A DNA stretch of 64,000 nt from an uncultured Planctomycetales bacterium (lineage in GTDB: Bacteria; Omnitrophota; Gorgyraeia; Zapsychrales; Zapsychraceae), in contig CAYIMR010000001.1 of NCBI GenBank assembly GCA_964364455.1, forward strand, positions 2,403-66,402, written 5' to 3'. Positions 27,001 to 42,000 of this stretch are shown here, one piece after another (the first letter of the stretch is position 1; every line of letters starts with the position of its first letter). The notes under the pieces were generated by a model. That model saw only the letters and a program-made list of their open reading frames with translations. It made no database searches and was not told the DNA's origin. Position numbers and translations under genes: made by a program.

Positions 27001-30000
27001 AGCTGTAAACGACACCTTGATGGCGGGCGACTTCGGAATGCCAGAATGCCTTGGATTCTTCGACGAGCTCGGCGACCCTGCCCTTGAACTTGATCCTGGC
27101 CCGCTTCATCTGTTCCATGGCCTCATGATTGAGGCTCACGTTGACCGGCACGTATTTTCCATCCTGGGTGTAGAGAGGCAGGGCGTTGTAAAGGAGTCCG
27201 GCTTCCTGATGAACGCGCTTCTTGATGACTTCTTTGCGGTCCAGATCGCCCTGCGGAATGCCGAAGCTGTTTTCAACCAAATCTGAAAGCGCATTTTCCG
27301 CGAATTCCGCGACCAATTCAGCGCGGATATCCGTGTCGATAGTGATATGGAGCCGGTTCTCCACGCGGGCGATCAGCCAGTCGACCTGTTCGGCCGACAA
27401 GCGGACCGGCGAGGAAGACATTATCATCTTATTTATCCTATCAATTGTTTCCGGTATCCATATTGTCAACTCAGCGGCATTCAGGGGCAACTCACGTGTT
27501 TTTGTGCTTTCTAAAAAAGCCATAAGTTCTAATTCCAAACTTGTTGATTTACTCTCTGACGCTTGTAGTAACGCTCCGGGGAATCTCCTGTCATCCTGTC
27601 CGATAATATCCCCGTCTTTGCTCTTGACCAAAAATTTCCCGCTTTGATAATCGGTAACTACGACCAATTCTTGACCTGTGACGATAATCGTCCTGTTTCT
27701 TTCTTGCCCCTCATAATTTCTATCGACATTAACCGCAACTTTGATGCCTCCATAGTTAAATGTAGCCTTTGCTCTTTCCCCATTAGAATTCATTTCTGCC
27801 GCAAGCCGTGTCGGACTTCTGGTCCCCACCAAAACTTGAAGTACGCTTAAAAGATGCGGCAAAAGGTCCTGCACCACACTGACCGTTAGGTCTAATTTTC
27901 TTCCCTCCAGTGGATTTAACATGTTCAATTCTATTTCTTTGATTTTGCCAAAATTGGCACTGTGGATTGCCTGCTTAAGCATAGTAATAATCGGGTCATA
28001 CATGTACTCATACCCTACCGCTAGGAGGCGGCCACGTTGACGCGCCAATTCAACTAATTCTGCGGATTGTCCTTGTGTCGCGGCTAGAGGCTTCTCAACC
28101 AATACATCTTTGCCGGCTAAAAGCGCCTGTCTGGCCAATTCATAATGTGATGTTGATTCTGTGGTAATAATCACCACCTGACTATCGGGATTCTCTAATA
28201 CTTCTGTCCTGTAATCTTGGACATTGTGGATTCGAACGTTGCTTGGCAAGTCTTTGTGCTCCTCCCATTGAGGATAGTTGGATCGGGCGAAACCACGAAC
28301 AATAGAATATGGGAAACTCTTGGATAACACATTCAACATCACCCCACCGCCCCAACGGCCAAGACCCACTAAAGCAATTTGTTTGATTCCAAAATATCTT
28401 ATAGCAAGGCGGTCAAGAGCCGCAGGCTCGTTGATATCTCTTGCTCCCTCTAATAGCGGCTCGATTAATGCGTTCAAATTAAATTCAAAACGCGTACAAT
28501 CCGGACACTGGCTAACATCATGCTGCCATTTTCTCTGATCGCGCCAAATGCCCCAGAAATCAAAATTATCATTATTAATATCTCCCATCCCAAAGTGCTT
28601 AAAGTCTTCAATAGAAACCGACGTACATGGATAAACCTGGCCCCTTGCGCCAATCACGGGGATAAACTTGCAATGCTGGCATTGCGTAAACGGTTTCTCC
28701 GGCTGGTGAACATCGTCTTGCCGGATAAGGATATTGATTTTTCTCCGGCTGAATTCACGGGCAATGCCATTAATTTTGGCAATCATAATATCGGCAACAT
28801 TCTCATCGAGATCAAACTCTTTATTCTGGTGTGAGGGTTTAAGCGGCGCGCTAAAACGAATAGCATCAACACCAGCATTATCCGCCCATTGGATAATCGA
28901 GCGTAACTCATCCCCACCGCTGTTCCTTTCATTAAAAAGGTAAGTAATTTCTACGCCTAGCGGTGTGTTCCTGGCCTGACGTAATTTTAGCAACTGCTCC
29001 ATGTTTTGAATAATCTTAATGAAAGCCTTTGGATCAACAGGACGATGTGTCTTCTGATAAGACTCAACCGTTCCTGCGTCCAAGCTGATTCTAACCAAAT
29101 CACCTTTGGCAGCCAAAGAGGTGGCCACATCAAAAACTTTCTCCCCATAATAAAAATTACTGAACAACTTAAAGATCATCCCGGATTGCTTTATAGCCGC
29201 AATGACTTCTTGTATCCTTGGATAAACTAAAGGCTCTGTAGAATTACCAGATATAATGATACGCTTGATACCTTTGCCTTTCAGCGAACATATAAAGGCA
29301 ATTAATTTATCAGGTTCAATGCCTCTTTCTTGATTCTTCTGTAATGCAACTTTATCCTGCAGCCTCGTACACCACACGCAATAATTGTTGCACCCCATTT
29401 TTTGGGAAGCGTAATAAGGGTGAATTTCAATCTGTAACGGTTTCTCCGGTGTCTTGCCCTGGAGAATATCCAACAGGCCATCGCGGTAATCATGCATAAG
29501 CCACTTTAAGCGAATCGTCTGTTCATCAAGCCTATCTATTGGGGATGAGACCCTTGAGTTGCGATTATAATCTTCTGCTTTCATCTTCGGCAGATGAGAC
29601 ATTTGGGCATCGTAGGTACTGAATTGTATATAACTATTCTCATCCGGGATGGCTTTGCCATCTTTATCCTTAACAACTAATAAATCATTCACATGAACAT
29701 CGGAATCCTTAACATCCGGCACGAGGATCCAAAGCAGTCCGTTTGCCCAAGCCTTAAGTTCACTTTTCAATTTCTTCTGTCGATCTTTAAGCGCGGGTAA
29801 TCCTTCGCGTGGAGATTTCAGCCCTTCCGGCAAGCCATCTTCTATTTGGCTAATAATATTATCAGCGTCTCGCATAAAATTATTCCTAAGAAGCATCTCA
29901 ATTTCTTTCTGCGTTAATTCAATATCTTTCTGAGGTCTGAAACTATTACGCTGAACAGCAATCTTTCGGATAAACCGCTCATAATCATCCGGGGATGCCT

Positions 30001-33000
30001 TAATAAAATGCTCCAAAACGGTTTTATCGGAACCAAGCCCAAGCATACGCGCCAACAGGCTGTTGGGTGTAGTCAACATGCCCCAATCATAGAAGCCGCC
30101 GTTAATCATGCGCATGACCGGCCAGTGCGTTAGTTTCCGCAACATCTTTCGTACGGCCCTATCGGATATGCGCTCCTTATCCCCTAACATATTGAGTTTC
30201 CTCAATACATTACTTACCACCTCAACCCATTTGCCTTCCTTCATATCAAGCATTTTTGCCAGTTGGTCTTCGGTAAAGGTATAAATCCTATCCTTATTCT
30301 CTTTATCGGTAAGGAATGCTAAAAACTCATCTGAAGCGGCAATACCATATTCTTTAAACTTGCTGCGCAACTCATCAACTGTATATTCATGCAACGGCTT
30401 TTGCACATATCCTTGCGCGGCATCCTTGACCATAAGCAAATCGAAGAGTTTTCTTCGGGCTTTTTTCCGGGCACCGAAGCCATTGTTTGCCGCTATTTCA
30501 ATCAGCTCCACACCAACTATCACGCCCAGCCCGAGAATGAAGCACCAAAGCATGTTGATATAAATACCAGCCAGCACGGAAACCAACCCAATGCCTCTTA
30601 CGGCATTCTTGGCAATTCCTTGCTTCCATAACGGCACGATCATGTCCCTGGCAGACCATAACCACGACCGGACAAAGCCGCCACCGACATCCTTGGCCAC
30701 GGCACGATAATTCCTGTCAGATATAAATTTGATCAACAACGGCAGAAGCATCGTGACATCACCCAAGAAGAAGAACAGGAACAGGACAGCCGTCATGTGC
30801 CTTTCGAACGTCTTCTGCGCGAAGAACCGGGACATCTGGACCCTTGGTGTCCTGTTAAACCTATTGCGCAGGCCAAGCACTGTGAACCCGGCGTGAACCA
30901 CAATTAACCCCTTAAGAAGCCATACGGGAACAAGACTAAAGCCAGACCACAGTAAAAAGCCGAGACTTAGAACTGTTAGTAAATTGGCCCCCCAGTTCGT
31001 CATAGGTATATTGTAAACCGCCCTTGGCCTAAATAGATGCGGACCTATAATATATGCGAATACAAGCATCAAATAGAGAAATGCGCTAGCAAGGAATACT
31101 ATTGGATGATACGGCGCGAAAAATAAGATCAACGGTATAAGGACCGTGCCAATCTTTGGCCCCAACGTAAAGGTCTGATAGACATCTTTCGTGAACCGCC
31201 GGTCAGCTGGTGTCAAACGTTCAGCCGGGAGGAACACATCTTTACCTTGCACCGTATCCCTGGCAACGGACCAACCATAAAGCGGGTGCACGGATGTTGA
31301 AAAGATGGCGGCAGCGGGCTTAAAGAACAAGGCATTAAGGAATTTAAGGAATCCCCAAGGTGCTCCATACTTGGCATTCATCAATGTAATCAGATTTTGT
31401 ACAATGGAAAGAGCCAGGACAAACCCGGATGTCACAAAGGCGCCGGCAAACGGGAAGGAGTGAGCTGGATCGATAAACAGCACGACCTGCAATAAGACGA
31501 ATGTAATGACATTCACAAGAACCAAAGTCTTGAGCCCCCAGAAAGCGCCCGTGTTAAATAAATGCGTCCACTTCCATGATGTCGGCCCCTTATTGCTTAA
31601 ATTGAATAATTGTCCCAAGGTGTCATGTATCATTTCATAGTTATCCGCTGCGTATTTACTCTCAGTTCCCAAATCAGATTTATAATCCGTAACCTTAGCC
31701 CCACCGATAAACATCGCGTGGTTATACTTCACGTGGATGCCCTGGCCAAGCCCCAACAATGTCAGCGTTAAATCTTCGGCGTTTCTCGATAGAGGCGCAA
31801 TCCCGTAATTAAGCTCGTACTCTTCTTTGTGCATGTATTTGCCATATTCACCCACCTGCCCTGTGGCATTCATGAAGGATTGAACCATCATCGTCCAATT
31901 GGATTCGTTAAGATCTTTCGTGCGCGCCACATCGCTTAAGTATTTATCTGCGACATACATGGGGAAAATAAGCCCCATCGTATTGGATTTAGAAAGCTCA
32001 TCAATATCGTTGACAATCCACATACCTTCTTCCGGCTTGACCTCCATGATGGCGTCCATGCGCATGGAAACGTCAAACCGGTACCTTGAGAAGTTCGCAA
32101 TCGTCGTAGCCTTAAACGCGCCCGTCATCTCCGGCATACTTGCCGGCCCTAAGAGCCACGTTGCATCAGGCGCTCCCCTAAGTCCATCATTCCCAACCTG
32201 GGAGATTAAAATTCTGTTTTCCGGACGTGCAATATAGGCCGGGGCTCTGGAATCCGGGGCCGGAACAATGACGGTAAAGGCAAAGAATTTCTCGGCTACC
32301 CGCCGATCATAAAAGAGATCAAATTGCACAAATTCTTTTGCACGTTTATACTTAGCCAATAAGCCAGACTGAAGGACAACCGTTCGTTCATCCTTTGTTA
32401 ATAACATTAATGGCAACCATCCTGTTCTTGATATAACACCCTGAAGTTCTTTTAATCTGTCTTCCTTAAATATGTTTGAATTCCTGAGAACATTCAGCAT
32501 ATTCAAGGCTAATTTTCTTCTCGCATTTCCTTTAGACAAAGGCCCGTAGAACCGCTTCAATTGCTGATAGCGTGCGTTATAGAAACTGTATTCCGCCACG
32601 CTGCGGAAACCGGCAACTTCTTCTTTGATTCCCTCAAACGTCCGGTACAAAGTATTAAGATGCATATTCGCCCAATGGATCATTTGTTCCTTAACATGCT
32701 CCGCTCTTTCTTTTGAATCTAATTTTTTCTTAAGAGTTTCTATAAGCGCTGCCCCTTCAAAGGGAGTCTCGAATCTGGCGTGTCGCACGATATCCCTTAT
32801 TTCTTTTTGTGTTTCCGAAGAGATGGCCGGGCCCACCACTCTCTCGATGTCAAAAGTATCCGCGAATTTATGCCACCCATCATAAAAGAGATTAACCACA
32901 AGATTGTTCATCTCAGTTGGATATGCCTTTAAAATCCTGTCCCATTCTTTCTCCAGTTCTAATGAATTATTCAAGCCCTTTAATTTTGCTTTTAAGTCTT

Positions 33001-36000
33001 TGATGTCTTGCCCCTCTTCTCCACCCTTTTGCTTTAATTCATCCTCAGCCTTTTTAAGATCATCTATGGCTTGCTTAATCTCAGATGCAATCTTTTTTGC
33101 CTTACGCTCATCTTTATATTTAAAAGCTGTCCAACCGGTCATTTCTTCGTAAGACCAATCATGCCTCTCCTGATACCCAGCATGATAAAGTGTCGTAACT
33201 GGCCTTTCGGTCCATTCCCTGAAAAGCTCTGGCGTGTCTAAGTTGTAGAAGGATCCCAAAATACGTCGTATGCTGTCATGGAACTTCTCTTCATATCCTT
33301 TCGGCTTAACGTATTCGAATTTCAATAAGTTCTGCATGGCGATAGTATCGATAGTATTGTTACCCACTTTCGCCATAGACTTAATACGGTAATTCCATGA
33401 TTCCAGGGCACGTTCCCGTATCATCTCCGCATTTAGGCCATGTTCCGCAACCTTGTAGTGGAGCACATGAATGTTGTTGTAGAGCTCAAAAATACGGGTC
33501 AACCGCCACGTCCAATAACTTAATAAGACGATAAGGACAATCGGGCCGATAAGCGGTAGCATAACGGAATAGAGTGTAGCCATAAAGAACAGGCCGTTTA
33601 TTCCGATCTGGGTAAGGAGAGCAAGCTGAGGAGCGACAGAAAGAACATACCAAGCAGCGGTAGCTAGGGTCGTAACGCCGGAGACTATCGCGAGCCATCT
33701 GTAGAGATGCCGGTTAAACCATGCTTTGACCTTTGGATCATTTAATGACTTAGTGTCAGTTTCTTTGTTTAACTCAGCTTTGATGGCTTCCAGGGCATGT
33801 TTGATCTCGAAGTTGTGCCTGATGTAAAATCTCCGTTTTTTCTCAATCTCGCGTTTGTTAACGACAACCTGACCTAAATACATACCACCACGGAGCAAGA
33901 AGATAAAAGATAATCCTAATACAAAATGTGCAGGCAAGGCAACAAAGGTAAAGAATAATGTCAAATCAAAATAACCAGCGGTCAAACCAGCCACCTGCGA
34001 TAACACCGGCATGCTAAAGACCCACGATAACAATGGCACAATAATGTTGATCAAGGCTGGCCAGGACAGTGACGCCCTAGTTGTCCTTGCTGCCAATTGA
34101 TAAACGAATATGGCCGAAATGGCCGCCACTCCTGTGAACCATAGCGGCCATCCCAATGCCGCGTTCAAGCCGTAAAATATGATCCCGGCTAGTCCGACAG
34201 CAAGGATTTCTCTGGGCCATGGTACAATGCGGCCGTATTTGTAGTAATGTTTGACGCCAAAATCATCTTTTTTGACAACATCATCAGACCATGCCTTCTT
34301 CTCCTTCTCTGAAGCCGTATACTCCTTCTTAAACGTATTCAATAACTGATCCAACATGCCGTCAAAATAGCCGACCGGCTGTATCTTCCCTTTAGACTTC
34401 CTGAAGTCATAATCCACTTCATCGCCATTCTTTTCGGCTTGCCGTCTTTCGGCCAAAAGTTTCATCTTGGCAATCAACAAGAATAAAGTAATGGCAAACG
34501 GAGGCACCACCGATAAGTAAGAAAGCCCGAGCGGAAGAACGCCGGCAAGTAAGCTTACATACCCCAGGGCAAGGCCTGATCCGATGAAGCCGGTGAGCAA
34601 GACAGCGAAACTGAAGAAGTTTGCCATCAATTTGATAGTCCTTGTGACATTGATATATTTTGTCGGACGCGTGAAGAACGGATACTTGCCCTTCTTCATG
34701 CTCTTGATAAGATAGGGCATAAACTTATTGTCAATGATATTGCGCATAATCAATTTATGCAGGTCGGAGTTGCCCTTTATATTGTATTCATTATGGTGGT
34801 TAGCCCCTTTGGAGACCTGGAGGAAGGCCCGGATAAACGCGTGGCCCGGGAAGGCATGCAGAGCATTTTGACGTCTTGCCTCTTCGTATTGTTCTTTGAT
34901 GTTTTGATCAAGGCCTTCAAATCCATTGGTAATATCGGCTAAATCCTTCCACGTCAGCCCATAAGCGGCGAAAGGTTCATCATAGTCTTTGTGCTGCAAT
35001 AACCGTGTCATGAAGAATTCTTCCAGGTAAATCCTCCATATCCAGTTATCCGCAAGTCCTTTCCGTATTTCAACGGAAATGTTGTCGTATTCGTAATTCA
35101 ACGCATAGAGGACATTGGAGGTCCTGTTAACAACTTCCGGAACGATTTGCTCATATTGTCCCTTCCCTATTTTGTCTTCCGCCAACTTCAACAAGTGCCT
35201 CGTCCAGGCCACCTGTCCCTGCATATTCCCTGTCAGGTAAAGGAACATTTCCCGCAAGAAGAATTCCTCGTAGGAAATTTCAAACCAGCCCTCATAAGCC
35301 TTAGCACCCCTCGCCTCTAAGGCATCAATTTCTTCCTGGATGCGCTGCTTTTTCAGTTCATTCGTTTCCTTTGCTAATCTCTCTTTCAAAGTGGCCAATA
35401 CGGCGGATTCATAACTGCTATCCGAGCGCGCCCGTTCGACTTTCACCCAGAACAGGTCGTCAAAGGGTGAATTCTTAACGTTTCTGTCATCGTGATATCC
35501 GTAAACTCTCTCACTTGCCTTGGCCTCATCCGCAAAACGGGCAATAAGCTTAGACATGATTCTGTCAGAAATTAAATGCTGCAGGACATCAACACCTTTA
35601 TTCCCTTTGTAGTTAACAAAATTCATATCTTTAACTTTAATTTCCACAGCACCCGTTAACCGGTCCAAAAGCAGCTTTTGCGTAATAAGCCCTTTGAGCT
35701 TTTCTTCTTCGGTTTTTATTTGTGCACCCAAATCCTTGGATCGATCCGATTCCTTGGCCTCTTTACTGAATTCCTCTTTCAGCTCACGCAGCCTTGCACC
35801 AGATTCCTCGACTTGATGGACAATCTGTTTCCAGCGTGCCATCTGTTTATCGCTGCTTGTCCCCTTAAACCTCCAAACATCAATCTCTCTACCATCTAGT
35901 AAGACCTGCGTTGCCTTGTGTGCATCATCCAAACCATATTTCTGCGCCAATTCTTTAAAGATCGGTTCAAAAATGACTTTTGCCACATCTTGATAAATCA

Positions 36001-39000
36001 AACGCCCAACGGCATCCAGGTTCATGCTCTTAGGAAGTTCCCCATTGTTCGAACCTTTAACAGTGTTGATAACCTGCCTGAACTGCTCCCTCACCCATTC
36101 GGCATTCTGGTACTTCACCCCGATATTCAAAATATTTACTAGTCCGCTGGCGACATTGGCAATGTAGGAGGGATAACGCTGTTCAATGATCGCCTCAATT
36201 TGCCTGATTGCCTGAACGGCGTCCCCGGTCCGCAAGGCATTTTCAATCTCGGCAAAGAATTCATCGACACTGATTTGCTCCACCGCACCCGCCTGTGAAG
36301 TTTCGGTCTTCTTCTTTAGGGAAGGCGTGAATAACCTCTTTATCAGCTTGCCCATTTTCCAAACGAAAATCAGCACTATCCCTATGCCAAGGGCGATAAA
36401 GGAGGCCCCGACAGGCGAAATTCCATCCTCCGCTGTCATCAGCTTGTATTTCTCAACGAGATGATCCCTGTCTTCTCTCACATCGTTAAATCTCGTCCCC
36501 TCTCCCTCGCCAAAAGGACGATAATCATTATCGACATATCCCGCATTTTTAGGCGCTGATCCCCCGGTATCTCCATTGATCCCCGTGCCGTTATCAAATC
36601 CGTAGAAAGCGCGCACTTTCCAAACCACAAAATCCCAAGCGGAAGAAGCGATCTCTTTGATGTGGCGCACATATTGCGCCGCAAAGTTATTGACCCAGAA
36701 CCGGTCATAAGCTTCAGGACTTAACCTAGAAACAACTTCATCCGTTTCTTTGTTATAGCCCGGAACGGCTTGGGTATCTTTTGTCTCGGAACGATATTTG
36801 TTCCAATAGATCTTCATCAGCTTGCCATTAAAGTAAGTACGGTAAGGGATCCCGGTAAAGTCAAATATCCAATCGGAATTTTCTTCTTTGAATCTGCGGT
36901 AATCTGCCAGGAACTGGAAGGTCTGAGGCGTGGCATCCAGCTCATAAACATCCACGACGCCCTGGACATAGGTGCCATCCGGATTACGTCTTGGGACAGC
37001 AATAGAAATCTTGCTGGGTTTCTCTACGGGCAATTTAACGCCAAGCTCATTCTCTAAGATCATAATTTCGCTTGGTTTGTTGAAGCCATGATCGTATAAA
37101 CGCTGTTTTTGCGGCTCAAATCCGAACCCTCTGTATTCATTGTATAAAAGACGGCCGTCAAATCGCGTGGCCATTGTTGTCAAGGCGCGCTCCCCTTGAC
37201 GAGGCCGTTTGTCGATAACCTTATACTTTATAACAGCTTGGTCATGCGGGCCGTTTTCAATGTTTACATCATAAGAACGGGCAACCCAATCGCCATTGAA
37301 TATCCTTATCTCTTCACCTTTTTCATCAACTCCAAGACGGCTGTAAGCATTGATGTCCTTGATAACCTCGCCTTTTTTGTTAAACTTGACGTTATACGTG
37401 TAGCTTCCTCCGGCGATATCACGCTGTTGCGGGAAGCCGGCCCCGAGAACCGCATCTGCTGGGCCATTATTGAAATCCATGAAGGTGACGGTCCGTGCAA
37501 TGCCCGTGGCGAACTGTGTTTCCTTATCTAAACTATTATGATCTTTTATTCTGGCATATAATCTTCCTGAACCGAGCTCAATCTCCTCCCAAGCATCCAA
37601 GGTAAAGTCAAATTTTATAATACCATTTGTTTTCTGAATAAAATCTTCCAGCAGAATGTGCCATGAATCCTCATCTGTCTTGTTCAAGGCATTCGCTAAC
37701 TCTTTAGAAATATTACCCCGCTTGACAAAGAAGTATAACCGCCGGTCCTCCAAATTCGTATTAGTAGAGAAGGTATAAACTTTATCTTCTCTATCAAACG
37801 CGAATGTCTTGGTTGCTATGTCAAATGATCCGTATTTTAATTTCCCACGTTCGACGCCTATTTCATAAAAACTATAAATGCTCAATTGAATAATAAACTT
37901 ATTCCCTTCAAGATATCCAAAATGCTTTTCACCTACATTACCTTTGCCATCACGGACTTCTTGATAATTAACTCCACTAATAAATTTACCCTCTTTGTCG
38001 TTAAACAAATGTTCCCCTTGGTATCTGATTCTTTTGTTAACGTCAAACAGCTTAGTAATATCCACATTATTGATATCTGTTATGATGCTGCCATCGGCAT
38101 ACGTCAGCCAACTGCGGTCGATCAAAAGGCCTTTAACCCATTTCGTATTCGTCTTTTCGTCAACATACAGGAGATCATCCTTTTTCACTTCTTCAGAGGC
38201 CGATACAATACGGACCAAATAGGTCTCCGAATGGCTGGCCATGTCGATGGCGCCCGGGACGCCCTCGTAAAACGATTTGGTCACTTCGTTGGGGAAGAGG
38301 TTGCCTTGGGCATCCACGCGGCCTTTATAGCTTTCGATAATCCGGCCGCGGCCGTCTTTGACGATGTGCCGGACGATGCCGAGGAAGTCTCTTTCCATCC
38401 GGATACGCAGGGTGCCGTCTTTGATGCCCTGGGTCTCCGACTCGGAATAAAGCGTGTCTTCCCTCGCCCCCCGTTCATTCAGAACGTAGGTTTCTTCCGT
38501 CGCCGGGACCTCGTAGCGGCTGAAGCCAAAGTTATCGTAACGCGGCTCGGACTCCCTCCGGCGCAGGAATCCTACCTCATATTCCCTCCCCCTGATCTCC
38601 ACCCCGCGGCCGCTCTTATGCAGATCCCCGATCCTCTCGTTCTCCTTCACCGGCACAAGACCGGACGCGCCGGCGGCATCGCCCGTCCGCGTGGATTGAT
38701 AGACCTTTTCCCCGCGCAGGAAGACGCGGATCCCTTCATACTTCTTCACCGGCCTGTCGTCGGCATCCTTCAATCCCTGCCAGACGGGTCCGTTGAGATA
38801 ATCCACGGCCTCATCCGTCACCGCGCCTGTGTCAGGATCGACTTTGAGAACCTCCGTGGCCTTCCAGAGGATGCCCCTGGATCCGGGTTTCTTCGCGTCG
38901 TAGAGATACGTCGAGGCCTCCCAGAGGGGCTTATGATCCAGGCCAAGGACAGGGCTGCGGTAATATTCCGTGACATGGGTGCGCTCGAATCCGCCCGCGG

Positions 39001-42000
39001 CATTGACCAATCCGTCGTATTTAAACTCCTTGTTGCCGCCGGCGTCCAGGACCTCCTGCCAGACAAGATTCCTTAAAACACCGTCTGCGCCCAGCACTTT
39101 AAATTTATGGCTGGTGATCTCGGCCGTGACGCTCCCCGTCAGCGGATCATGGCCGAGCGTCCTGCCGGAGGCGATGTGCTCGTCCTTGAGGAGGTCTCCC
39201 GTCTTTGCGTCGCGCCTCATCACCCAGGCCTCGCCATTGTCCGGCTTGCCGTAGCGGGCATTGAACGACCCCTTTTCATTGCCGTAAAAATAATATATCC
39301 TCGTATTTTTGATATCGAAGGTGCCGGCGTCGTTGGCCTGTTCCCACATCTTCTTGGATACGTCCTCTTTCAGATAGGCCTCGCTCCTGGACTTGTAGAC
39401 GCGGCCCTGAGGATTCAGATAATCCTTGCGCACAACGACCGCGGGTTTCCCTGCGACGGCGTCATCCCTTTGCGTCAGCGACCTTGCGATGAGGGCGTCC
39501 GTATCGGGCGACGCATCCTCCTTCATGGGATAAATTCTCGACACGCCCTCGCCCATCACCTGCTCCCAGTCGGAATAAACCATCTCCGTCCCGAGATAAA
39601 TCCTGGCCAGCTTACGGTTCCCCATGCCAAAACGCATGACCTGTTTAGCCTCGGCGCGGATCGAATCCAGATCCAGGGCCATCTCCCTTCCGGTGACGTA
39701 ATAAGAGACGTCGTCTTTTCTCACGACAAGGAAGTTATCTTTCTGGATGCCGCCGAACAATGCCCTGCCCTTGCGGCCGAGTTCCAGGATGCCCTTGACC
39801 TCTGGTCCCACCCCAAGCGCCTTATCTTCAATCGCCTCGGAAAGCCTGCGCGGAATGTCCAGGGAATGCTCAAGCTCGCGGATCTCCACTTTGAGCTTAT
39901 CCATTTGCTTTAACGCCTCTCTCCTTTGCCGCGCGGACCAGCCCTCGGCGAGGTCCTGCTTCGCAGACGGCACTGCCCCGGATTCAGAAACCTTGGACGG
40001 CTCCGTCTGCCGCTTCGCAGGCTCAGGCGCCTCCTTCCCTGTCCACAATTTCCGCAGGGCATAAAAGGCCTCTTTGGGATTGCGGTTGATGTCCACAACG
40101 CCCCACCACTCCTCGTTGACCTCCATGTCCTCGGGGATGGAGAACGCCCGCCCGCTTGTCTCATGGCGATCCGGCCGTCCAGCCTTCCACCACTCGTCGC
40201 TGAACGTCATAAATGTCGCGCCCAGGAAGCTCTTTCCATCCGCATGTGCGACGATCTTCTTCCACGTCCTCTCGACAACGGAGGCCTGCATGGGCTGGCT
40301 CTCGCGGCCCGCCCTGCCGTCAAAGGAATCCGTCCCGGTCTCGGAGATATACCACTGCAGGCTCTCCGGAATATCCTTATCCGCCAGGATCCCCTTCCAT
40401 TCCTCAAAGGCCTTCTCGATATGATCATTCTCGTAGAAATTGACGCCCCAGACGTCGATAAGGGAAACGCCGTCCTTGACGAACCTCTTGACGACCTCTC
40501 TGGACGGCATGCCGCCGTGGGCCGTGGTCACCTTACGGGACGGATCAATCTCCTTAGTCCGCCGGGCGGCCTCTTTCAGGGCCGCGTACCAATTGTCAAC
40601 GTCGTTATCAAACTCCCTCTCAAGGTCGTTATAGTCATTGCCGAAGGACCACATGAGGATCGCGGGATGATCTTTGTGCTTCTTAATATAGTCTATGTAC
40701 CCGCCGCCGAGCATGTCCGGACCGCGGTTGCGCGTATTGTCAAAATACGGGAAGCCCACAATCACCTTGATGCCGTTCTCCGCCAGCTTGTCCAGAAACG
40801 CCTTTGACGTAATCGGATAATAGGTCCTGATGACCCTGACCCCCATTTCCTTCATAAGGTCGATGTCCCGCAGATGGCTGCCCCAGACGGTATGGCTTCT
40901 GAGATCCACGCCCTTTTCCGTCGGAGAATAGGTCAGCCCCCGTATCCGGAGGATCTTGTCCGGCTCCGCGGCGGACAAGGCCTGCGTCTGCCCGCGGGCG
41001 CCTTCGGTCTTTTGCGGCTGTTCAGGCTTATCACCGGCAGGCGCCAGCGCAGCCAGTTCCTGCGCGGCCGGCACGGCAGGCATATCCTTTATCTTCCTCT
41101 CGACTTCCTGCAATTCACCCCAGAGCTGCTTAATCCTCTCCAGCTTCTCTCTCATGGCTTCTCTGTCTTTCTGCGACAGATCATTGCCCTCCAGCCGCTT
41201 CTCAATGGCCTTGATGACCTCTTCCCTGTATCGCGGCATATCCACCGCCACCTGGCTCTTGAGCGGCAGATACCCTTCCAGCCAGGAGGCGTTGGGCTGG
41301 GGCTCATAAATAACAGTATGGCTTTCAACGGCATCCTCATACTTGCCGGACTGATTGAGATCCCTGTAATACGGATAACCCCTGCCCGGGACTTCCTTAT
41401 GGACGTCCGCCAGCTCAAAGCGCTTATCGTAACGGCGCGACGACTCCGTCAGGATTTCTTCCGTCGCCGGGACAGCCGGGGCGTCCTCTTTACGCAGGAC
41501 GCCGTAACCCTGGGCGAATTCCAGTTCCTGCTTCATGGTCATGAGATTCGGTTCAATGATAAGGGGATACTTGCTGTCGACGGGAACGCTGAGCCTGCCG
41601 AAATCCTCGGGCAGAATCACCATGAATGCGCCTTTCACCGAGGCGCCGGCCTTGTCGAGATAACGGACGGCCTCTCTGACGTGCCCGCTCTCATCCGTGT
41701 AAGAGAACCTGATATAATACCCGCGGCTGTTTTTGTCTATGCCGTACTGCATCAATTTCTCGATGGATATTCGATTGGCCGGCCTGCCGAGGGCATAATC
41801 CTCGGGGGAGAGCTCAACGGACATCCTGCCGTCAAAGAAACGGCCTATGCCGCCGCCCGCAGGGCCGTCTCTAAGAATCTTTATGCCGCCCTGTATCATA
41901 TCAAGCGACGGCATGACGATCCTGCCCTGCGGATCAACCAGCGTCCTGCCCTCGTAAGCATCCTCAGGCACGCCGACCTCAAAACGGGTATACTGCCATT

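Noticed and set aside
1330-29450. Calling glgP, glgA, glgB, RSH and the others as separate genes
   Set aside because: No stop codons or intergenic gaps between them; all share one frame joined by SSP linkers.
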